A stretch of 64,000 bases of DNA from IMG/VR virus record IMGVR_UViG_3300025545_000003, positions 32,001 to 96,000 of that record. One strand, given 5' to 3'. Positions 35,910-42,759 of the stretch are shown one piece after another; the stretch's first letter is position 1, and each line of letters starts with the position of its first letter. The translations under genes were made by a program, and so were the position numbers. Origin of the DNA: a virus. A model generated the notes under the pieces. The model did not search any database. It saw only the letters and a list, made by a program, of their open reading frames with translations, and was not told the DNA's origin.

Positions 35910-36908
35910 ATGAAGATCACATGCTTCGGTTCCCGAGGTTCGCTTCCGGCCCCGTCCCGTAAGGACTTCAGCACCGTGGAGTTTGGCGGCAACACCAACT
36001 GCTTCTTCATCGAGGCAGGGCCTTTCAAGATCATCGTCGGGTGCGGTTCTGGGGTTTCCATCCTGGGGGACGAACTGATGAAGCGTTGGGTGGAACAGGA
36101 GTTCCCCCATCAGCACTTCATCGTCCTGTTGACGCACTACCACTGGGACCACATCCAAGGGCTCCCGTTCTGCACCCCGTTCTACTTGGCCCACAACACG
36201 TTCCACTTCCACGGTCTCCGGCCTTCCGGTCACGAGGGCGGGGAACGGCTGGCGGACGGCTCGCACCCCAAGACGGTCGTGGAGACGATGCTGTCCCATC
36301 AGCAGTCCAACCCGCACTTCCCGGTGGCCCACGAGTCTCTCCCGGCCCACAAGGAGTACCAGAGCCATGACCGCCAGTTCAGCGAGGCGTTCTGGTACGC
36401 CCACGAATGGCACAGGGGTCAGGAGCAAGACGAGGCCACCCTGTTCCCCCACGGCCCCAGTACGGTGGGCGACAGGCCCGTTGGCGGCCCGGAGAACTGG
36501 ATCAAGATCACGACCGTCCCGCTGGAGCACCCGAACGGCTGCCTCGGCTGGGTCATCGAGTACGAGGGCAAGAAGGCGGCGTTCTGCTACGACATGGAAC
36601 CCTTGCGGTTCCCGAACCAGAAGGTCTCCAAGCTGGGCCACAACGCCGACCTGATGGTTCTGGACGGTGCCTACACGGAGCAGCAGCTTCAGGGCATGCA
36701 GCAAGGCTTCGGCCACGGTTCCCCTGAATCCTGCATCGAACAGGCCAAGGACTCCGACGCCAAGTTCTGCCTCATCCACCACCACGACCCCAAGCACGAC
36801 GACGACAAGCTCCGGGAGATGGAAGCCCACGCACAGGACTATGCCCTTGGGGCGATGTTCCGGGGCCGGGTCGACTTCGCCCGTGAAGGCAACGTCTACG
36901 ATCTCTGA
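35910..36908 (+). CDS. MBL-fold metallo-hydrolase
   Basis: GSRGS.P, GGNT.C, THYHWDHIQGLPF, HPNG, GHG, HHDP. Confidence 0.9.
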   Translation: MKITCFGSRGSLPAPSRKDFSTVEFGGNTNCFFIEAGPFKIIVGCGSGVSILGDELMKRWVEQEFPHQHFIVLLTHYHWDHIQGLPFCTPFYLAHNTFHFHGLRPSGHEGGERLADGSHPKTVVETMLSHQQSNPHFPVAHESLPAHKEYQSHDRQFSEAFWYAHEWHRGQEQDEATLFPHGPSTVGDRPVGGPENWIKITTVPLEHPNGCLGWVIEYEGKKAAFCYDMEPLRFPNQKVSKLGHNADLMVLDGAYTEQQLQGMQQGFGHGSPESCIEQAKDSDAKFCLIHHHDPKHDDDKLREMEAHAQDYALGAMFRGRVDFAREGNVYDL

Positions 36909-37445
36909 TCCCCTCACTTTTTAGAGGTTCACCACCATCACCACCACAACTACGGCAACACCTACGGCAACCCGTGGGGCACCCGCAGCCTCCTGGGTAG
37001 TAACAACACCCTCAGTAGCCACAGCCGCAGCCGTAGCGCCTCCAAGGGCATCGGCAGCGCCACGAAGGGTGCAGGCGGCCAGTCCGTAGACTACGGGTGT
37101 AACACCATCGGTGAGAGGAGCATGGACTTCGTCGAGGACAGCCTCTGCTCCACCGAGTGTTCGGTGGCAGCGGCGTCGGCCAGCTTCGAGGACGAGGCAC
37201 CCAGCAGGGGCATCCTCCGGGACGTCGGCACGAAGTACGGCCACGAGGTCTCTTTCCACACGACCGAGACCACGTTCACCAAGGCCACGGACGCCCCGGT
37301 ACTCGTCTGCACGCTGCGCTACGCCACCCGTGAGCGGCTGGAGACGTGGGGCGTGCCCCTCAAGCCCAAGTCGGGACCGGAAGCGCCCCAGGCGTTCCCT
37401 GCGTCCATGGACGGTTGCCCCGCCCCGAGCGGCTGGAACGGATAA
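36909..37445 (+). pseudogene. 5'-truncated gene (His6 plus low-complexity stretch in frame with ORF 37122-37445)
   Basis: Open frame with phage codon usage and no start codon before 37122. Confidence 0.45.
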
Positions 37446-37498
37446 TCCCATCCTTCTCCCTCTTGCCCCCGGTACAATGGGGGTAGGAGGGAGCCCAC

Positions 37499-37822
37499 AT
37501 GTCCAAGTTCACCGTCGACTGTTTCACCGAGAAGTCACTCCCGGAGCCGGGGTTCCCTGAGAACACCTACGAGGCGGCCACCGTGCTGGAGGCTGCGGCT
37601 GTTGTCCATAACTGCACCCGCAAGCAGGCCGGGATCAGGATGGTTCAGATCTGGATCGAAGAGCCGGACGACCGAGAGGCCGTCGACACGCTCAAGACGT
37701 GCCGGTGTGGGACGAAGGGATGCGATACAAAGCGCATTGACCCTGACGAGGTAGCGAAGGCGCTGGGGGCGGAGAAGGCCGTGAAGCCGAAGAACCTGCC
37801 CCGCAGGCCGGGGACACGGTAG
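37499..37822 (+). CDS. Hypothetical protein
   Basis: RBS AGGAGG. Confidence 0.7.
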   Translation: MSKFTVDCFTEKSLPEPGFPENTYEAATVLEAAAVVHNCTRKQAGIRMVQIWIEEPDDREAVDTLKTCRCGTKGCDTKRIDPDEVAKALGAEKAVKPKNLPRRPGTR

Positions 37823-37823
37823 G

Positions 37824-37909
37824 CGGAAGCGGAGGGAGTCGAACCCTCAAGGCCGTAAAGCTCGCCTGTTTTCAAGACAGGTGCCGTCGCCACGTCGGCT
37901 GGCGCTTCC
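37824..37909 (-). tRNA. tRNA-Ser(TGA)
   Basis: Long variable arm, G73. Confidence 0.92.
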
Positions 37910-37931
37910 AAGTTGAACAGTAGGTCTTCGT

Positions 37932-38022
37932 TGGCGGAAGGAGGGGGAGTCGAACCCCCAAGGCGCTCATCACGCTCGACCACTTTCCAAGCGGCTGCCA
38001 TCACCAATTGGCTTGCCCTTCC
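37932..38022 (-). tRNA. tRNA-Ser(GGA)
   Basis: Cloverleaf, CCA. Confidence 0.93.
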
Positions 38023-38026
38023 AAAG

Positions 38027-38113
38027 TGCGACCGGAGGGATTCGAACCCTCACGCCAGTCATTGTTGACACTGGCCCCTCAAGCCAGCGCGTCTACCATT
38101 CCGCCACGGTCGC
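38027..38113 (-). tRNA. tRNA-Leu(GAG)
   Basis: Cloverleaf. Confidence 0.93.
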
Positions 38114-38118
38114 ATGAG

Positions 38119-38200
38119 TGCTGCCGGTGGGACTCGAACCCACACACCTCAAGGGCACGGGCCTCTCAGACCCGCATGTCTACCATTCCATCACGACAGC
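38119..38200 (-). tRNA. tRNA-Leu(GAG)
   Basis: Cloverleaf. Confidence 0.93.
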
Positions 38201-38207
38201 ATAGAAA

Positions 38208-38322
38208 GCACCCCAGCACGTAGGGAACCACGGGTTGGTTACCGCTGGCCGCCCACTCCTCCCAGAAGTGCTGCTTCTCTGTGGTCTTGGACACCCCTGA
38301 TCTACAGCCCCGGCTGGGGTGC
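38208..38322 (-). ncRNA. Small structured RNA candidate
   Basis: 10-bp closure GCACCCCAGC/GCTGGGGTGC. Confidence 0.45.
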
Positions 38323-38325
38323 CTT

Positions 38326-38415
38326 TGGCGGAAGGACGGGGAGTCGAACCCCGAAGGCCGGTTAAGGCTCGCTGGTTTTCGAAACCAGTGCAGTCGCCCA
38401 TCTGCTTGCCCTTCC
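38326..38415 (-). tRNA. tRNA-Ser(CGA)
   Basis: Cloverleaf, CCA. Confidence 0.93.
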
Positions 38416-38416
38416 A

Positions 38417-38492
38417 TGGAGCGCTCGCCCGGACTTGAACCGGGGACCACCGGCTTCGGAGGCCGGGACTCTATCCACTGAGCTACGAGCGC
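38417..38492 (-). tRNA. tRNA-Arg(CCG)
   Basis: Cloverleaf, CCA. Confidence 0.94.
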
Positions 38493-38497
38493 AAAGG

Positions 38498-38648
38498 TGG
38501 GGGAGGTAGGAATCGAACCTACAATGCCCTCTCGGGCGGTCTGCTTTACAGGCAGATGTCTATACCTTGCTGAAGTCGCAACAGAGTTCCCGACCGGGGT
38601 CAGGATAAGGTCGTCACAACGAGTAGCGTGACTTTTGACCACTCCCCC
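38498..38648 (-). tRNA. tRNA-Tyr(GTA) with ~65-nt structured D-loop insertion
   Basis: Perfect acceptor, anticodon, variable and T arms; D-loop expanded. Confidence 0.8.
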
Positions 38649-38652
38649 ATAG

Positions 38653-38725
38653 AGCCAACGACGGGAATCGAACCCGTAACCCCTTGCTTACCATGCAAGT
38701 GCTCTACCGTTGGAGCTACGTTGGC
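38653..38725 (-). tRNA. tRNA-Thr(GGT)
   Basis: Cloverleaf. Confidence 0.93.
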
Positions 38726-38743
38726 ATGCTTGAATCAGACAAG

Positions 38744-38815
38744 AGCCCAGTACCGGAGTCGAACCGATGTCAGCGGGTTACAAATCCGCTGCTCTGCCAC
38801 TTGAGCTAACTGGGC
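38744..38815 (-). tRNA. tRNA-Thr(TGT)
   Basis: Cloverleaf. Confidence 0.92.
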
Positions 38816-38848
38816 AAATCAGGTGCTCTACCGTTGAGCCACGCTAGC
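38816..38848 (-). pseudogene. Orphan 5' half of a tRNA (Thr-like)
   Basis: GCTAGCG-TG-GCTCAACGGTAGAGC-A-CCTGA-TTT, abutting tRNA-Thr(TGT). Confidence 0.75.
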
Positions 38849-38852
38849 AAAG

Positions 38853-38924
38853 AGCCGAAGGTCGGAATCGAACCGACAACCTGCCGCTTACGAAACGGCT
38901 GCTCTACCATTGAGCTACATCGGC
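38853..38924 (-). tRNA. tRNA-Thr(CGT)
   Basis: Cloverleaf. Confidence 0.92.
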
Positions 38925-38928
38925 AAAG

Positions 38929-38979
38929 TGCGACCGGGGGGAGTCGAACCCCCACGCCTCAAAGGCACCGGATTCTAAG
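38929..38979 (-). pseudogene. 3' half of split tRNA-Leu(TAG)
   Basis: CTTAGAA-TCCGG, variable arm, T-arm, CGGTCGC-A. Confidence 0.88.
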
Positions 38980-39059
38980 TGGCTGAGGTGGGAGTCGAAC
39001 CCACACGCCCTAAGCGCCCGCCTCTAAAACGGGTGCGTCTACCGTTCCGCCACTCAGCC
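38980..39059 (-). tRNA. tRNA-Leu(TAG), replacement copy
   Basis: Cloverleaf; HNH stop lies within its acceptor stem. Confidence 0.92.
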
Positions 39060-39554
39060 TTTTTCTTGTTTGGTCACGGAGGTCAACCCTTTGCTATTAC
39101 ACCACCCAGGTTGTTGGGAGTGGCAGTTAGGGCACAGGAATCGTAAGTTTTCAGGGCGGTTGTCTAACCAGTCTCGGTTGATGTGGTCCACCTGTAGCAT
39201 GAGGGGTTTCCCGACCCACACTCCCTCGATCCCACAAGATTCGCACGCATAGGGCCGCCCACTGTCAAGGAGAGCCCTCCGTAAGCGGTACGCTGCGGTA
39301 CGCCTCCCTGTGTCCTTCTTTGACAGGGTAGTTAGCCACGGAGTCTTTCCCGGGCCTCCCTTATGGGCTGTTCCCTTGTTGGATCCTTGACCGTGGAAAT
39401 GGACTGTGTCGAGTCCGTATTCCCGTACCTTACGGGTGATGTGCGTTTGTGTCCCGCCCGCCTGTTTCACCCCCAAATCTCGAAGCACGCCCGCCATGGA
39501 AGTGTTCTGTTGAACAAGTGGGGCTAGGATCTCTTTTGTGTAACGTCGTCCCAT
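39054..39554 (-). CDS. HNH homing endonuclease
   Basis: CESCG..LQVDHINRDWLDNRPENLRFLCPNCHSQ. Confidence 0.9.
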   Translation of the reverse strand: MGRRYTKEILAPLVQQNTSMAGVLRDLGVKQAGGTQTHITRKVREYGLDTVHFHGQGSNKGTAHKGGPGKTPWLTTLSKKDTGRRTAAYRLRRALLDSGRPYACESCGIEGVWVGKPLMLQVDHINRDWLDNRPENLRFLCPNCHSQQPGWCNSKGLTSVTKQEKG

Positions 39555-39586
39555 ACACAGCTTACGGTATAGGCTAGCAACCGGAA

Positions 39587-39616
39587 CCGGCGTGTCTACC
39601 GTTTCACCACGGTCGC
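39587..39616 (-). pseudogene. 5' half of split tRNA-Leu(TAG)
   Basis: GCGACCG-TGGTGAAACGGTAGACAC-GCCGG. Confidence 0.88.
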
Positions 39617-39621
39617 AAAGG

Positions 39622-40465
39622 ATGACCACCCGTAGCCGGGATCCTGTTTTATGGACACATTCATCTAGTGGCCCCTACCCGTCCGCATAGCGCTGCTCAC
39701 CCGCTCTTGGCCCAACCCCGATGCCGAGAGCGTTGCCCTGAAAAGAGCTTCTGCATTCCTTGGCGTGTAAGGCCGTGACGTTGGCAGAACAGATTGAGGG
39801 ACGGGGTCACTTCGTGTTCAGCCCCGTCAGGAGAACGGACTTTGGGGTAGGGCTGCTTCTTCTTAGTGCGGCTGATCGCCGCCTTTTCCGCTTCCGTTGG
39901 GGAAGCCTTCCGACCACCCGATCCCACAGCGTTCTTATTGCCCCGCTGCAAAAGTGACAGGGCTTGCTTCGTTTCTTCTGTATGCTTGTAACCCAGGCTG
40001 TTGCCTGCTTCTGGGAGGATGTTGTACTTCTTGGCTTTCGGGGTCTTGTCCAACCACTCCTGTTCCTTCTCCAAGAGCTTGTCGTGGGCCGCCTGAACAA
40101 GCACAAAGAAGCAAATGTCCTCTTCACCCCTCTTGGCAAAGGCTCGTTGTAAGGGGGTGTTATGGTGGGTGCCTTTTCGAAGAAGCCTCCCATGTGCTGA
40201 GAACCTCTTGTAGAGATCCACTGCGGACCCGATGTAGAGCTTCCCCGAAGCCCTACTTCTGATGGCATAGACACCGCTCTTACCGTGTAGCGCAGAATAA
40301 GGGGTACCTTTCATGGAAGGGTCCAATTTCATAGGCCAAAGATACCACGTTCCTGTTTGGGTTGCACCCTCGGAAGTGCGAACGGCCTACGGCCTCCTTC
40401 CTTCAGCAGTGGTGTCCCGAGCTTCCTCACATCCCTTGCGGGGTAGTGCGTGCCCTCAGTGGTCA
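39622..40465 (-). ncRNA. rnpB: Minimal RNase P RNA interrupted by a GIY-YIG ORF
   Basis: P1 TGACCAC/GTGGTCA; GAGGAAGCTCGGG..CACC; GGGTGCAACCCAAA; GGGTAGG..CTAGATGAATG..ACAGGATCCCGGCTAC. Confidence 0.8.
39697..40332 (-). CDS. GIY-YIG homing endonuclease
   Basis: SGVYAI..LYIGSA..R...H..HHN..LQ..EQEWLD..YN; NUMOD3-like KHTEETK. Confidence 0.93.
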   Translation of the reverse strand: MKLDPSMKGTPYSALHGKSGVYAIRSRASGKLYIGSAVDLYKRFSAHGRLLRKGTHHNTPLQRAFAKRGEEDICFFVLVQAAHDKLLEKEQEWLDKTPKAKKYNILPEAGNSLGYKHTEETKQALSLLQRGNKNAVGSGGRKASPTEAEKAAISRTKKKQPYPKVRSPDGAEHEVTPSLNLFCQRHGLTRQGMQKLFSGQRSRHRGWAKSG

Positions 40466-40550
40466 TGGTGCCAGAGGGGGGACTCGAACCCCCACGCCTC
40501 AAGGACAGACGGTTTTGAACCGACCGCGTCTACCATTCCGCCACTCTGGC
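40466..40550 (-). tRNA. tRNA-Leu(CAA)
   Basis: Cloverleaf, CCA. Confidence 0.93.
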
Positions 40551-40558
40551 AAGTAAGT

Positions 40559-40647
40559 TGGTGGAGGAGGTGGGATTCGAACCCACTCACCGCAACGCGG
40601 ACCAGATTTACAGTCTGGCGTGACTCTCCAACTTCAACCGCTCCTCC
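40559..40647 (-). tRNA. tRNA-Tyr(GTA)
   Basis: Cloverleaf, CCA. Confidence 0.92.
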
Positions 40648-40651
40648 AAAG

Positions 40652-40723
40652 TGGAAAGGGGTGGAATCGAACCACCGACACGGGGATTTTCAGTCCCCTG
40701 CTCTACCTCTGAGCTACCCCTCC
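40652..40723 (-). tRNA. tRNA-Phe(GAA)
   Basis: Cloverleaf. Confidence 0.95.
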
Positions 40724-41124
40724 ATGCGTTTCCAGTCCCCGAACTCCTCCTTGCCGCCCCTGCACCCCCAGTCCGAGTCGATGACCAGGCGGGACGAGAT
40801 CCCGCCACGGGGCCGGAGGTCCGCTACGAGGCGCAACCGGGCCGGTTCATAGACCGCCACGAGATCCTCGTAGATGACGTTGATGAGGCGTTCGTAGGAG
40901 ATCACCTTGGACCTGAAGGCCACCACGTACTCCTTGAGTGCCTTCAGTTCGATGATCCAGTCCGCCGGGTAGAAGACCAACGTCAGGTGACCGAAGTCCG
41001 GTTGCTGTTTGACGCCCATGAACGTCAACTCCGGGATCTCCATCCTGATCTCGTACCCGTCTGGGTCGGGGTTCGGCAGCCTCTTCAGCTTGTCCTTCTC
41101 CGACCACTTGTCATGCTTGCCCAT
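40714..41124 (-). CDS. QueF-like T-fold protein lacking the catalytic Cys
   Basis: PE.T.....QPDF..IELKALKEY..FR...ISYE..N.I..DL...PRGGI. Confidence 0.85.
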   Translation of the reverse strand: MGKHDKWSEKDKLKRLPNPDPDGYEIRMEIPELTFMGVKQQPDFGHLTLVFYPADWIIELKALKEYVVAFRSKVISYERLINVIYEDLVAVYEPARLRLVADLRPRGGISSRLVIDSDWGCRGGKEEFGDWKRMEG

Positions 41125-41163
41125 GTCGTTCCCCCTTGTTGTCCGGGGAACTATACCGATCAG

Positions 41164-41237
41164 TGCCAAGGGGCGGGATCGAACCGCCGACACCCCGGAT
41201 TTCACCCGAGTGCTCTACCTACCTGAGCTACCTTGGC
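41164..41237 (-). tRNA. tRNA-Phe(GAA)
   Basis: Cloverleaf. Confidence 0.88.
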
Positions 41238-41243
41238 AGAAGG

Positions 41244-41315
41244 CAGAGGTAGTGGGAATCGAACCCACCCGACGGTCGGTTTTGGAGACCAACCCGCTTA
41301 CCCAGAGCCACCTCT
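41244..41315 (-). tRNA. tRNA-Trp(CCA) with atypical D-arm
   Basis: Loop CT-CCA-AA, G73. Confidence 0.75.
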
Positions 41316-41349
41316 ACAAGAATGTGCGGGGAATCGAACCGGGGCTTTG

Positions 41350-41805
41350 CTAGCGAATGAACTTGAGGGCTTGGGCGTTGACCATCTTCAGGATGTCACG
41401 GGGGGACATGGAGGCGAAGGAGGTCATCGACATGGAGTGCGTGCTGGTTTCCTCGTCCTCGATCCCCTTTTCCTCTACATAGACGAACACCCACCACTGT
41501 ACCTGGTTGCGTTGGAAGTCGGGGGTGAAGTACGCGATGACGTGGTCCTCACCCGGAGTCGAGGACTGGCTGGGGGAGGGGAGATTCGGGAAAGCGATCT
41601 CCACAGTCATCCCCTTCCTGTAAATCTCGCCCACATGGTCGGCCTGCGTGGCCTTGCCGACCTTCTTCATCCACTGGAAGAATGCCTTGTGGAACAGACC
41701 GATAAGGTCACCCGTTGCCGCCTCTTTCCGCAGAAGGGGCAGGATGTGCTTGCGGGTTTCAGGTACTTCATGGGCCAGTCTGACCAGTTCGCTTTTAAGA
41801 TCCAT
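41350..41805 (-). CDS. Hypothetical (possibly virion) protein
   Basis: RBS AGGAGG; MDLKSELVRLAH..RKHILPLL. Confidence 0.7.
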   Translation of the reverse strand: MDLKSELVRLAHEVPETRKHILPLLRKEAATGDLIGLFHKAFFQWMKKVGKATQADHVGEIYRKGMTVEIAFPNLPSPSQSSTPGEDHVIAYFTPDFQRNQVQWWVFVYVEEKGIEDEETSTHSMSMTSFASMSPRDILKMVNAQALKFIR

Positions 41806-41849
41806 GGGGTCCTCCTGTGTCCCTAATGGAACCTTATAGCCCAAGTAGG

Positions 41850-41932
41850 TGCCAGAGGGGGGACTCGAACCCCCACGCCTCAAGGATATCCGGGCTTAAA
41901 CCGGATGCGGCTACCAGTTACGCCATCCCGGC
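41850..41932 (-). tRNA. tRNA-Leu(TAA)
   Basis: Cloverleaf; 3' part identical to tRNA-Leu(CAA). Confidence 0.85.
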
Positions 41933-41941
41933 GTATGAAAG

Positions 41942-42027
41942 TGGATGATCAAGGAATCGAACCTTGCTGCCGCGTCAGCGGACCGGGGTTACAGCCCAGC
42001 GCAAGCACCAGCTTGACCGTATCATCC
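41942..42027 (-). tRNA. tRNA-Tyr(GTA)
   Basis: Cloverleaf with long variable arm. Confidence 0.85.
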
Positions 42028-42032
42028 AGAGG

Positions 42033-42119
42033 CGGAGGGAGAGGGAGTCGAACCCTCAAGGCCGATTAAGGCTCGTCCGGTTAGCAACCGGGTGCAGTCA
42101 CCGATCTGCTTGCCCCTCC
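42033..42119 (-). tRNA. tRNA-Ser(GCT)
   Basis: Cloverleaf. Confidence 0.93.
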
Positions 42120-42131
42120 GTGAATTGGACC

Positions 42132-42240
42132 GGGTCGCTCTTATCGTCTTCCTGGGGCGTTGCCACCCCGCAGACGTTTATCCACGACCAACCGCTGTAC
42201 AAGCGGCTGCGCTATCCCCCGAGGGGGAGCCCAACGACCC
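42132..42240 (-). ncRNA. Small structured RNA candidate
   Basis: GGGTCGTT/AGCGACCC closure; three internal hairpins. Confidence 0.45.
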
Positions 42241-42244
42241 AAAG

Positions 42245-42327
42245 TGCTGCTGAAAGGAGTCGAACCTTCACGCCCCGAAGGACACTTGGACCTGAACCAA
42301 GCGCGTCTACCATTCCGCCACAGCAGC
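42245..42327 (-). tRNA. tRNA-Leu(CAG)
   Basis: Cloverleaf. Confidence 0.93.
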
Positions 42328-42371
42328 AAAGAACGGTGCTGGAAGCTGGGCAACTCCCAGCACCGAAGACC

Positions 42372-42393
42372 TACTATTCAATTGTCAAAGACC
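42372..42393 (-). promoter_or_regulatory. boxA-like antitermination site
   Basis: GGTCTTTGACAATTGAATAGTA, near-identical to 118-139. Confidence 0.65.
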
Positions 42394-42429
42394 CTCTGGC
42401 CGCCGCCCTGTGGCAGAGGCCCTAAACGC

Positions 42430-42463
42430 AAAAAGCCCGCTCCGGGTGTGTCCGGGCGGGCTT
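42430..42463 (-). terminator. Attenuator terminator
   Basis: AAGCCCGCCCGG-ACACAC-CCGGAGCGGGCTTTTT. Confidence 0.85.
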
Positions 42464-42485
42464 CCAAGGTCAGCAGATGTTGTGC

Positions 42486-42584
42486 TTACCCCGTTACACC
42501 CTCCGGCGCACTCGTGGACAGATACGACCAGCCGGTAAGGCTGACGTGCGTCCGCAAGCTGAAGGTTGTAAATAAGGTCTGCAT
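42486..42584 (-). CDS. Leader peptide MQTLFTTFSLRTHVSLTGWSYLSTSAPEGVTG
   Basis: RBS AGGAG; lies between promoter and terminator; codons mirror the downstream tRNAs. Confidence 0.75.
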   Translation of the reverse strand: MQTLFTTFSLRTHVSLTGWSYLSTSAPEGVTG

Positions 42585-42608
42585 CTCGGTCTCTCCTGTT
42601 CGCCCCTG

Positions 42609-42637
42609 ACGCTAGAGGCCCTTTGGGCTCCTGTCAA
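42609..42637 (-). promoter_or_regulatory. sigma70-type promoter of the tRNA-array leader
   Basis: TTGACA-N17-TAGCGT. Confidence 0.7.
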
Positions 42638-42759
42638 GGCTTTTCTCACGAAGATCCCCACAGGGGGGCTTCACGTCCGTCCACACAGAACAGGAAGGGC
42701 CTAAGCCCCTTGCCGGTAGATTCGTTATGAGGCTACTCCAGTAGGACATGGAGGCCCGC

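Noticed and set aside
37824-42327. Integrase attachment sites explaining the tRNA fragments
   Set aside because: No integrase is in the window, and the fragments are complementary halves of one gene rather than duplicated 3' ends (except the Leu repeat noted).
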